From NCBI GenBank assembly GCA_951406725.2, contig OX597820.1, forward strand, positions 105,958,001 to 106,022,000: a DNA stretch of 64,000 nucleotides. The letters run 5' to 3'. The DNA is from Octopus vulgaris. Its lineage: Eukaryota. The position numbers and the translations under genes were made by a program. The notes beneath the pieces are model-generated. The model had not been told where the DNA came from, did no database searches, and saw only the letters and a list, made by a program, of their open reading frames with translations. This document shows positions 12,344 through 24,335 of this stretch, piece by piece (position 1 is the stretch's first letter; every line of letters starts with the position of its first letter).

Positions 12344-12630
12344 ATAAGAATATGAGATGACAATAAACGATTATCTTATGAACTTCATTCACTTAGTGCT
12401 GGTTCTGCTATAAGATGAAGTGGACTCATAACTGTGTGCCTGAGTAACACCTTACAGCTTCATCTGAGCCTCAGGGTGTTACTCAGGCATTCAACTATGA
12501 GTCCTCTGCATCTTACAGCAGAAACAACTGTAAGCTGTTGAAGTTCATGAGATAATCGTTTATTCCTTTGTTGTCTCATTTTCTTATTACTGTTCTGTAC
12601 TTAATTAATACTGCATTCTGCAGCATAAGG
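12344..12630. mobile_element. Foldback PLE-type element (arms 12344-12452 / 12473-12587, tail to ~12630) with a degenerate hammerhead
   Basis: Imperfect inverted repeat between (TG)n and (TA)n. On plus: acagct ... GAAAC AACT GTA agctgt (12454-12538), with the 5' core decayed. Confidence 0.6.
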
Positions 12631-12661
12631 ATATATATATATACACACACACACATATATG

Positions 12662-12716
<55 letters not shown>

Positions 12717-12942
12717 TATATAATGTGTGTATATATATATGTGTGTGTATGTATGTATGTATGTGTATATATATATATAAATTAGAAAAAAGCCACCTTT
12801 TATCAATTCAAAATGAACAATTAAATTATACCATCTAGAAAATTACATATAAGAGAAATATTAAAATTAAAATAACAATAAAATGTCAATGATTAAGTAA
12901 ATTGCAAAAAAATAATAATAAAAACGTATATAAATGGTAGAA

Positions 12943-13031
12943 TAACGACACGTGTTTCGTGGCTATGTGTAAGAAATGATTATAGTAGTAAAGAAATCAC
13001 TTCGATATAAATATAGTCACTCATCAGGTTA
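12943..13031 (-). ncRNA. Type I hammerhead ribozyme, intact core
   Basis: Minus strand: taac CTGATGA gtgactat-(long loop)-atagccac GAAA CACGTG TC gtta. Stem I taac/gtta, stem II 7 of 8 pairs, palindromic stem III CACGTG, GUC cleavage triplet. Confidence 0.85.
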
Positions 13032-13073
13032 AAAATAAACTAGAACAATAAAATAATTAATTAATAAAGATAC

Positions 13074-13177
<104 letters not shown>

Positions 13178-13265
13178 ATACTAAATATACATAAGTGAAA
13201 GCTAAAACAATACTTAAATTATTAAATACTTTAAGATTAAATAAAATACACAAAGCTAGTACAAG

Positions 13266-13815
13266 TCATCATCATCATCATTGTTCGACCGTGGTCGAGA
13301 CAATGGAATTTACCATGCTACGCCAGACTTCACGGTCCATCATGGCATTACAGAGGTCCTGTTGCTGGATGCCTGTATCCTTGGAGATTACATCAGGGTA
13401 GGAGAGTGTGCGCCCTCTGGTATTGCGAGTAGATGGCTTCCAGAGGAGAAGAGTAGAAATTGCCTCGTTTTCAGCTCTACAACAATGTCCATCAAACTGG
13501 ACTCTCATGCCTTTAACGAGAGATGATACAGGTGGTAGTTTCCCATATATTTGCATTTTGGTTGGATGGCGCTTCCACGAGATATTTTGAGCTCTCATAA
13601 GGAGGCGAGTGTAGGTTCCATCCAACCGCCTCTCAAGCTTCTTTGATAACGTCCAGGTTTCTCAGCCATATAGTAGAATTGGTTCGACTGTGGCTTTGAG
13701 GATTTCAAGTTTGAAGTCTCTACTTAGATTTGATGACCAGATCTTATGCATGTCATTACAGGCTGACCAGGCCATACCCTTTGTAGTTAGAAAGTCTTTT
13801 CCAGATGATGATATT
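13266..13815 (-). mobile_element. RTE/RTEX-like LINE 3' fragment with (TGA)n tail
   Basis: ORF 13278-13625 (LDGTYTRLLMRAQNISWKRHPT...GHCCRAENE...LLLWKP...AMMDREVWR) and upstream VEPILLYG.ETWTLSKKLE, a typical post-RT C-terminus. Confidence 0.85.
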
Positions 13816-14016
13816 AAATTGTAATCAAAATAAGAAATGGTTCAAATATAGACAAACTCCTTATAATAAATATAATTGTGTAGTATCAAATAATATAATA
13901 CCTAATTAACTTAAAATTTAATATTACAAATAAATAAGCCACCTAATATTTAAATAATATATTGTCTGACGAAATTAATTCTTTAATTAAATTAAATGTA
14001 ATACGTTAGATCCCTT

Positions 14017-14063
<47 letters not shown>

Positions 14064-14384
14064 CCATTTATATACATCTTTATTATTATTGTTATTGCAA
14101 TTTACTTAATCATTGACATTTTATTGTTATTTTAATTTTAACTTTTCTATTATATGTAATTTTCTAGATGGTATAATTTAATTGTTCATTTTGAATTGAT
14201 AAAAGGTGTTTTTTTTTCTAATATTTTATATATATATTATATTGTGTGAAATTTGATTTAGTATTTCTAAATTGAATTTTTTTTCCTTGTAAGTTTGGAT
14301 TTTATTCCCTCAAATAATAATCATATATATATATATATACACACATATATGCACACACAGACACACACACACATACATATATAT

Positions 14385-14592
14385 ATTCTTTTATTCTTTT
14401 ACTTGTTTCAGTCATTTGACTGTGTCATGCTGGAGCACCGCCTTTAGCCAAACAAATCGACTCCAGGACTTATTCTATGTAAGCCTAGTACTTATTCTAT
14501 CAGTCTCTTTTGCTGAACCATTAAGTTACAGGATGTAAACATTCCAAAATCGGTTGTCAAGCAATGGTGGAGGAACAAACACAAACACACAA

Positions 14593-14667
<75 letters not shown>

Positions 14668-14691
14668 TACATACATACATACATACATACA

Positions 14692-14724
<33 letters not shown>

Positions 14725-14851
14725 GATGGACTTCTTTTTGTTTCAGTCTACAAAGGCTGTAGTAGAAGACAGTTGCCCAAGGTGCTATTCAGTGGGGCTG
14801 AACCTGGGACCATGTGACTGGGAAGCAAGCTTCTTACCACATAGCCATTCC
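14385..14851 (-). mobile_element. SINE family A, reverse orientation
   Basis: Reverse complement of the family A head (tgtggtaagaagcttgcttccc) and 3' part (gactgaaacaagtaaaagaataaaaga), with internal (CA)/(TACA) tracts. Confidence 0.75.
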
Positions 14852-14853
14852 TA

Positions 14854-14894
<41 letters not shown>

Positions 14895-14897
<3 letters not shown>

Positions 14898-15025
14898 TAT
14901 TATTTATTCTCCATTACATATGTCTCATTTGTGCCAATAGGAATTACAAAAATTTGTAATGTTAGATAGGCATGTAAGGAATTTCCTGTTAGAAATTCTT
15001 TAGACAAAGGAAAACATTTGTAATA
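14895..15025 (-). mobile_element. PLE-type fragment with a decayed hammerhead (homologue of 30735-30818)
   Basis: Minus strand: CTAAAGA atttctaacaggaaattccttacatg...caaat GAGAC ATAT GTA atgg, between (TA)n tracts. Confidence 0.6.
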
Positions 15026-15040
15026 TATATATACATATAT

Positions 15041-15450
15041 AGGCACAGGTGTGGCTGTGTGATAAGAAGCTTGCTTCCCAACTACATGGTTCCAGGTTCA
15101 GACCCACTGCGTGGCACTCTGGGCAAGTGTCTTCTTGTATAGCTTTGGGTCAACCAAAACCTTGTGAGTGGATTTGGTAGACGGAAACTGAAAGAAGCCC
15201 ATTGTATATATATATATATGCTTGCATATATTTGTGTGTGTGTCTCTGTCTCCCCACTATCGCTTGACAACTGATGTTGGTGTGTTTACGTCACTGTAAG
15301 TTAGCAGTTTGACAAAAGACACTGATAGAAAAAGAACTAGGCTTACAAAGAATAAGTCCTGGGGTTGATTCGTTTGACTAAAGGTGGTGCTCCAGCATGG
15401 CTGCAGTCAAATGACTGAAACAAATAAAAGAAGAATAAAAGAAGAATATA
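15041..15450 (+). mobile_element. SINE family A, near full length
   Basis: ggcacaggtgtggctgtgtgataagaagcttgcttcccaac..ggttcagacccactgcgtggc head with A/B-box-like motifs and a (aaagaat)n tail. Further copies at ~4431, 7258, 15869, 43401, 46190, 50856, 54341, 63720 (+) and ~6115, 27590, 30420 (-). Confidence 0.85.
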
Positions 15451-16105
15451 CTCATGTTTTGAGTTCTATTTTTCATGTTTGTATTACCAAACCTACCATA
15501 TATTTCATCTTTTACTTGTTTCAGTCATTGGACTGCAGCCATGTTGGAGCATTACATTGAAGGGCTTAGCTAAACAAATTGGCCCCTGTACTTTTATGCC
15601 TCATACTTATTCTATTTGTGTCTTTTGTTGAATTGTTACGTTATGGGGATATAAACAAACTAACTCTAGTTGAAAAGTGGTAGTTGGGGGACAAACACAC
15701 ACACACTCACACACACACACACACACACACACAGACATACATATGCATGCGTGCAAGGTTTCTTATGAGGGATCTACCAAACCTGCTCATAAAGCTTTGT
15801 GCATAGTGCCATGGAGTGGGACTGTACCCCTATGTGGTCAGGAAGCAAACTTCTTACCACACAGCCATAGGTGCAGGAGTAACTGTGTGGTAAGAAGCTT
15901 GCTTCCCAACCACATGATTCTGGGTTCAATCCCACTGTGTAGCACCTTGAGTAAGTGTCTTCTACTATAGCCTCGGGCCAACCAAAGCCTTGTGAGTGGA
16001 TTTGGTAGATGGAAACTGAAAGAAACCTGTCATATATATATATATATATCATCATCATCATCATCATCATCATCATCGTTTAACGTCCGCTGATGATGAT
16101 GATGA

Positions 16106-16142
<37 letters not shown>

Positions 16143-16156
16143 CATACATACATACA

Positions 16157-16192
<36 letters not shown>

Positions 16193-18789
16193 TATATGTA
16201 TATATTTGTGTCTTTGCCCCCCACCCCACCATCGCTGTTGGTGTGGTTATGTCCCCAATAAAGACTGATAGAATAAGTACTAGGCTTACAAAGAATAAGT
16301 CCTGGGGTCAAGTTGTTCGACTAAAGGCAGTGCTCCAACAGGGCCTCAGTCAAATGACTGAAACAAGTAAAAGAGTACAAGAATAAAAGTATATATATAT
16401 TCTTTATTAAGTTGAAGATGGAGAGACAAGAAAATGAACCGGAAAATTCTCAGATACGGATTGTATTTGGAAATGTTACAACAATTACAAAAACAACAGC
16501 AATAGCTCTTCTTTCACATGATAGGTTGTGAGCTGCTGATGGAGCTGCTGTTGGCCATTTAGCTGAGACCTCTCAGTCACTGTCTCCTTAAACTTTTCAT
16601 TACCATATTTCTGACCAAATAAACTGTCTCTATTTCAGTTAATTTTTAAAACAATGAAAAATTAATAAAATAATTTTTTCATTATTAAGATAGTATTTGG
16701 AACATAAATTAATATGAAATTTTCATGGAATTATCATCATCATCATCATTTAATGCCTTCCATGCTGGCGTGGGCTGGATGGTTTGACAGGATCTGGCCA
16801 GGCAGGAGACTGCACCAAACTTCTGTGATTTTAATAGTTCTTAGAACTTATGAAAAAGCAATTGGTTAGCAGAGTACATTTTACCACATTGAGGAAGAGG
16901 GAGGACATGTTGAACAGCATAGTCTTGGATACATTGTTTAAATATAAGATGGGAAAGTCATACTTGGAACATCTTTAATCACAGGTGTATTTGATCAGAG
17001 CTGATCTGGGGATAAACCCCTCCCCACCCAACAAAAAAATTATGTACTGGGATAGATGCCTCTAAGCATCTTACTATTCCTCTACTATGCCAAAAACGTT
17101 GGCAGAAAAGAAATGTGCAACAGATTGCATTTTTCAGATGCATATTGAATTACGTAGTTTGCAGGAAGATTCTCAGCTGTCTTTGATTCTTACAGTTGAC
17201 TTGATGCTGTTGTTTTGGATTTCCTTCTAAATTATATGATTTTGACTGAGTGAAACATTGTCTAGGTTCTTTTATTAAATGATATTATTTGCAGAAATTC
17301 AAAATAAATACTAATAGACTCTCAATAGACTTGTAACAGCGAAATATTCTCTTCTCTGTTTATATGTTTCAAGACTTCATTATAAGAAGCTATAAGATTT
17401 TTGTGCCTTTAACTCTATTGATACCAGCCCACCCAAGACTGCCCTTGGCTCTATAAAACAAAGTTCCTGTTTCAAAGTAATCTAAATTAAAATTTCTTGC
17501 TGATTTATGTTCCAAACATCAGCTTAATTTTGACAAAATTACTTCATTATATTCTTCATTATTTCCAAAATGAATTGAAACACAGAAGGTGTATTTCAAT
17601 AGAAATATGGTTAACAAAATGGCATATCATTTTTATTTCTTTTGACCAGGTAATTCAATCAGTTTATCTAAGAAATGATAGACATAGTTGAAGGCATTGA
17701 CTACAGTATATACATAGATATCTGGTTGTTTATTTTTACCTGTCTTACAGACATGAAATGCATCACTGATTTCCTGGCAGGATTTCAGCCTAAAATTTAG
17801 AACCAAAATAAAATACTATTATACTACATTTACTTAATCCACTATCCCGCAGTTTCTGCTAATTCACTGCTACTAGAATATACCATTTTGCAAACAGCTG
17901 TCGTTTGTGCATTTCATATAAGACAGAAAAATAAACAAAAACAAGTCAAAAGAATAGAAAACAAGCAAAAAAAAAAATGTCAGCAGAGAACTATATATCA
18001 GGTAGTAGAGAAATATAACTCAACAAATGATATTACTACTAATAATAATACTGCTGCTATTATTACTGGCACAGATACCATTAAACCTTTGTAACATCTT
18101 TCTACATTGCCATCAGCATGTCCTTTATAGGACCTGATGCTTTGGTGAATATAGAATTTCAATGTAGAGCTACCAACTGATTGCTTTCCCATAAGTTTTG
18201 GAAATAACTCTTCAAATCTTAAGGAGACACAGTGACATAGCTGAATGGCTTAGGTGTTTGACTTGCAACTGTAAGGCTAGCAGTTCATATCCTGTTCAAA
18301 GTAGTATAAAAGAAAACTAGGGACATTGCTTGCATGATGGTGACACTCATCAGCAGCCAACATGCAAACTAAAGGCAAGGACACGCACTCACACACACAC
18401 TCACTCACACACACACACACACACACATGTATGTATATATGCATACATATGTATGTATGTGTATATATATATATATATATATATTATATACATGCATGTG
18501 TATATATATGTGCATGTATATGTCCATATATACATGCATGTATATTTATATATATTTGTGTGTGAGTGTATGTGTGTGTGTGTGTGTCGGGGTGTGTGTA
18601 ACACCTTCACAGTAGGTCTTTGACGTTGAATAACTTCAGTTTGTCAAGACATTTAAGTTTAATTACAATACTGCTTTTGATGTATTCATTAACTAAGTTG
18701 TTTTTATGTCCTCAGACACACATGTTGCAACTTGTTTCATCACAAAAGAGAACAAAAAGAATAAGCTTGTGTGTGTGTGTGTATGTATA

Positions 18790-19469
18790 GAGGGTATGAT
18801 GGATAAATTGTCGCTTTTTTTTTTTCATGCATCCACATTGTTTGTTTTTGATGTTGTTGACTACACAGTATTGTAGGGTCACTTGGGCACTGTCTGTGAG
18901 AAAGACAGCACACTCACGCAATTCACTCTGCCAAAAATTTGGAAACAACATGCTGTACTGCTTGGCATTTGGGCTGGAAAGTACAATATGAACATTTCAG
19001 AGTATTTGGGTGTCAATCTGAGGACAGTGCAATCTGAGGATATGTACTGAGTGATAAAAATCAAACATCCAGCTAACATCATGCTGTTGGGACTGATCAC
19101 TAGTTATGATGACATTATGCCTCCATTCATCTTCCCACATGGCCTCAGACTCAACACAGAGGCCTTCATCAGGTGCCTGGAGGAAGTATTGCTGCCCTGG
19201 GTCAAGAGGTTGGCTGCTGGCAACAGGACTCTGTGCCATGCCACACCAGAAGGAAAACCCAGTTGTGGCTGTCAGACAATTTTTGTATCCACATCACCCC
19301 TAACATCTAGCCACCTAACTCCCCAGAGTTGAGCGAGAGACCTACAAAACTCCTTGTAACATCAAATATGAACTAAAGGCAATTTTGGTAAATATATCTG
19401 TTAAAATGAGATGTCAGTGTTATTTTCCTTTTTGCGTAATTTAGGCGACAATTTATTCACCGCACTCTG
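18790..19469 (+). mobile_element. maT (DD37D) transposon deletion derivative with both TIRs
   Basis: TIRs gagggtatgatggataaattgtcgc / gcgacaatttattcaccgcactctg. ORF 19051-19332 IKIKHPANIMLLGLITSYDDIMPPFIFPHGLRLNTEAFIRCLEEVLLPWVK. Confidence 0.88.
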
Positions 19470-19478
19470 TGCATATAT

Positions 19479-19537
<59 letters not shown>

Positions 19538-19551
19538 GGTATATGTATATG

Positions 19552-19616
<65 letters not shown>

Positions 19617-19639
19617 ATGTATATGTATATATATATATG

Positions 19640-19670
<31 letters not shown>

Positions 19671-19771
19671 ATACACATATATATATATATATATACACAT
19701 ATACATACACATATACATATACATATACACACACACACACATGCACACACACACACATATATATATATATA

Positions 19772-19972
19772 CTGGAGTAAGCACATAAATGCAAAACAAG
19801 GTGGAAAAAAGAGTACTCAACTACTAGAGGTAGAGTAATATGCTTTATCAAAAAGCAGCAGAAATATCACAAAAACTGTTACTCAGAGTTTCACTTTCCT
19901 GTTCAGCAGACAAACGGGAACGTGAAACTCTGAATAATAGTTTTTGTAATATTTCTGCTGCTTTTTAATGAA

Positions 19973-19978
<6 letters not shown>
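19772..19978 (-). mobile_element. Mini foldback PLE-type element (arms 19838-19903 / 19913-19978, tail 19772-19837) with a hammerhead at 19877-19912
   Basis: Minus strand: tgt CTGCTGA acaggaaagt GAAAC TCTGA GTA aca. Embedded in (TA)n. Confidence 0.7.
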
Positions 19979-20039
<61 letters not shown>

Positions 20040-21381
20040 ATATATATATAGAGAGAGAGAGATACACACACATACACACTATATGTGTGTGCGTGTTTGT
20101 ATGTATGTGTATATATATATATATATATATGTATATGTGTACACATGCGCACACACATATATGATGCCATTGTTCAGAATTACCTGTCTCTTGTTCATTA
20201 TATATGTAAATATTTTATGGTATGTAACCCCCTTTTCCCCTCACACACATACACACACTCATAATCTTGTTCATGAAGTTTATTTGTTGTGATGTTTGTT
20301 CATTGGTCAATTCTTGTCATGTTCCTAATTTGTTTTATTCTCAGACACTTTCATTGGGATAATAATAAATATATTGGTACTTCTTTGTTTTTAACTATAC
20401 ACCAAATCCACACACATAATTCCAGGAGTGGTATGATCTGTGTTTTTAGGGGGATGATCTAATTATATTTATGATTTGCTAGTTGTAGGAATTACTTTTA
20501 TGCACCTCTTCACTTTCTTTTTAGTGCTGCATTGTCAAAGAGTTGTTTGTTGGGTTTTAGGCAATAATAATGTCAGTTAATAATAACCCTTCAGGGAAAT
20601 TGCTGAAGGGTCATAAATTTATGAAATTAAATAGATACTTGGAAGTCCACTCACCAGCTTCACACTTTATTGTAATGTAATAAGCAATGGTTAACATTAA
20701 GGAACCTATTTATGTGTGAATTCCTTCTTCCATTAGTTTGCATTTATATTTTTGAGAAACTGTTGTTGTAATAGAAAAGACAGTGAGAAGATATAGTACA
20801 CCTGTGAGACAGAGACAGAAGCATGTGACAGAATGCCAATAGTGACAGAATACCAATCTCTGTCTAGTAACCCTTCTCAGAATGTTTTCCAGGATATCTG
20901 TATATATAGCAGTAGCACTACACCATTGTGGGCCTCACTAGAGCCTTTTAGAGAATAGCCTACATTTCAAAGATAGCATAAAGTTTACTAAGGGATACTG
21001 TGCAGGACCCATTAATTTATCTGGTTAAATAAATGCTTAGAAGTCTACTTACTGGTTTCACAAATTAGTGATTTAATAAGCAATGATTAGCATTAAGATA
21101 TCTGTTCATTTGTGAAGTCCATCTTCTGCTAGTTCATAATTATATCTTTCAAGAACTCTCTAACTCATGCAGGAAACAAAAACAACGGAAGCAAACACAT
21201 AGATTTAGAGAATTAAAAATAAATTATGTGTGATCAAGGTTTAATAGAGAGTCACCACTTTCACTAGAAAAGATAAAAGTTTTTCCCCAGGTCTTCCTTT
21301 CATGTTAGTAAGACTTCATGGAGAAGAAATATTAAAAAACTTTTTTCTGCATGAATGTGAGTATCTATATGTATGTATATA

Positions 21382-21427
<46 letters not shown>

Positions 21428-21433
<6 letters not shown>

Positions 21434-21832
21434 AATTTTTGCATAATGAGATAAAAAAACAAGGCTGTGTAGATATTAGAACATTTATAGATAGAAGGTC
21501 TTACAGCTGTTTCCAGGATATTTATTAATTATATCCCTTCATTGGAGACAGTGTGAGAGGATGGTTAAGTAATAATTAATTTAGATAGGATACAAAATAG
21601 AGAGTGAGGTGGAGGAAAGAAAATAGATGTTCTAATATCTACACAGCCTTGGTTTTTTATCTCATTGCGTAAAAAATTCTTATATACACACGCTGACATA
21701 TGACCAACATTGAACCCCTTATTCGCAAAATCACCAAACTTGGAACTTAACTATGGTCTGTCTATAGTACTTATTCAGCATTACCTGACACCTTTGGGTC
21801 TTAGTGACACCATTACCTCTTATAACCTCAAC
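21428..21832. mobile_element. Foldback PLE-type element (arms 21428-21488 / 21623-21686, tail to ~21832) with a hammerhead at 21498-21549 (-)
   Basis: Minus strand: gtct CCAATGA agggatat-aattaataa-atatcctg GAAA CAGCTG TA agac. Palindromic stem III; core decayed from CTGATGA. Flanked by (TA)n. Confidence 0.7.
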
Positions 21833-21871
<39 letters not shown>

Positions 21872-22023
21872 TAAATATGTGTTTGTACATGTGTTTATAT
21901 ATGTATTTGTCTGTAACTATATATGTATATGTATGTTTATGTATATAAATGAATTTATGAATAATATATTATATATTGTATGTTTTGTTTCTCTTCACAC
22001 ACACACACACACACAGATATAAG

Positions 22024-22098
<75 letters not shown>

Positions 22099-22739
22099 GA
22101 ACCTAATGCGACAAAGAGAAACCTATCTATGGCAGTGCAAGAACCTTGCTTAAAATGTTGTTCTATTTAATTGCATAACTTCTGTGAGGTCATATCATAA
22201 CTTTAATCAATCCATTATTTGTTTCAGAACAAGGGTAATGTAAAGACAAATACTAATTGTTATTGTTGTCATCATCACTACCATCATCATCATTATCATC
22301 ACCTCCATAACCACAACCAGTCATCAAACAGTGGTGGTGATAAATTTAATAGTTGTGGTGGTTACGTTGGTGATGGTGGTAGCAGTAGTATTGTTGTTCA
22401 GCTCTAGGTTAGGTGTTAGCTATTTCTAGCTGATCAAGCAGCCATTTAATTGTTAGTGTTAGTGGTGACAACGGTGGCACTGTAGATGTCAGTAATTATC
22501 TTATTGATGATGGTTATGGTTATGGTAGCTGTGGCAGTGATGATATGATGATGCTGGTGGTGGTGGTGGTGGTGGTAGTGGTAGTAGTAAATATGAAAGA
22601 AAGTGAAATGAATATGATTAACAATGAGGATTGTTTTTCTTTGCCACCTCCAAGATTACCTTCATTTCATGTCACTTTTAAACAAAAAAAAAAAATTGTC
22701 TTACATGCCACTGTCACCCACTATCTTTTTCAGTTGTAT

Positions 22740-23481
22740 AGGATGGTCACATGACTTTGCTTTGATTGACTTTTAATTAAAAGGACTTGTTCTTGAAATT
22801 AATTTACAACAAAATTACTTGTTTCTGAAATGACTTTTTGTAGAATTTGTAAATAAACTATTTTGTATTATTATTGTTGTTGTCGTTGTCGTCGTCATCG
22901 TCATTTGTTAACTCTGACTTTCACCCATAACTCTGACCTGTCATTTCAAAATACCCCCAGAACTTATTAAATTTTTTTTAGAAAATTTTATAAATGTATC
23001 CCTCTCTAATTAACCCTAAGCTATTAGCAAAATCAAATTTTAACCTTAATCTTAAACTTTAAACCCAATCCTAAACCCTGGTCCTAAACTTTAACTCTAA
23101 GTTCTAAACCTAAACCCTTAAACTCTAAACCCCAAACTTATGTCATAAATGCTAAACCTGAACCCTATTTCTAACCCTTAAGCCTCAAATTAATATTAAT
23201 TTCTAAACCATAACCTTAATTTGTAACCTAAACTCTAAACTTAAACCTTAATGCTAACAAAAATCTCTAATTGTAAACTCAAACCCAAATCTTAACATTT
23301 GTTTTTTCTTATATAGTTTTTAGTATCATTATCTCCTGTGTTAAACATAATTCAATGAAAAGTTGTTTCAGTAAAAACAATCACTTGAAAATACAATGAT
23401 ATACAAATTTGTTCTATAAAAATTAATTTCAATACAAAGTTGTTTGATGAAAAGTTGCACACTGTAAAGTCATGCCATGCT
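22740..23481. mobile_element. Non-autonomous DNA transposon with degenerate TIRs and an internal telomere-like (TAACCC/TAAACC)n array
   Basis: Left ggatggtcacatgacttt..ttgaaattaattt mirrors right aaattaatttcaa..aaagtcatgccatgc, with TA at both ends. Decayed 6-7-nt repeats at 23010-23296. Confidence 0.6.
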
Positions 23482-24074
23482 ATGGGACAGTGTGATCATA
23501 ATGAAAGAGACATTTGGGTAAGAAGGTAGATTCGAAACCAATTTGATATGACCTCATTGTACTTTCTTACTTGGAATTTCACTGTTTGATTATTTTCAAC
23601 ATGTTGCTTTACTTCCTTGTTATGAAGAAATGAAACTGAGTTGCTTTCTTAACACTGTTGATATATTTCAATATTTTGTTTTTTTTTCTTTCTTTCTTCT
23701 AATTGTTTAAAAAATAATATTGTTTATATTCTTTATTTTGATTATTATTTATGTTCAGTTAACAAAAAAAAAGATCAAGAATTTGGCAATTGGTATATGG
23801 TAGCTATATGGATTGCCAATCTTTGATTTTTTTTGTTTGTATTTTTTCTTTGTTCATATTTTTTTGTTTTATATTTAAAAATTCAGTGCTGGTTCCATCA
23901 AGCTATTAGTGTATCAACATATCATTAAAATATCAGAGTATATCAATATGGTTGTATTGACATTATTTTGTGAATAAAAAGCAACAAAATTATTCTGCTG
24001 ATTAGCTAATCTCAAAGCCAGTAATCTTTAAAAAGCCATATTGACTGCAATTTTATTTGTTTGTATGTGTTCTG

Positions 24075-24335
24075 TTAACAACCAGAATAATTATGTTGGT
24101 ATTTAATCTTAAGACAGCAATAAAACATTATATTGATTGTTAAATATTTTTGCTATTAACAATCAAAATAATCCACACTGATATTTGACCTTAAAACCAG
24201 CAATAAAACATTGTTATTATTGTTAAAACAGTTTTACTAATAACAATTATATTTACTCTCAGCATAAACAATGACACATTAATTACAATTATAATTTTTT
24301 TTGCATCATCATTAACAACCAAAATAATTATATTG
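24075..24335. repeat. Diverged ~80-bp tandem repeat (about 3 units)
   Basis: ttaacaaccagaataatt / ttaacaatcaaaataat / ttaacaaccaaaataatt at ~24075, 24156 and 24312. cagcaataaaacatt recurs at ~81-bp spacing. Confidence 0.55.

Noticed and set aside
16418-16590. Short frames MERQENEPENSQIRIVFG.. and AADGAAVGHLAETSQSLSP*
   Set aside because: No convincing splice sites or family similarity.
24075-24335. Spaced repeats superficially like a CRISPR array
   Set aside because: Eukaryotic context, whole units are homologous (no unique spacers), and there are no cas genes.
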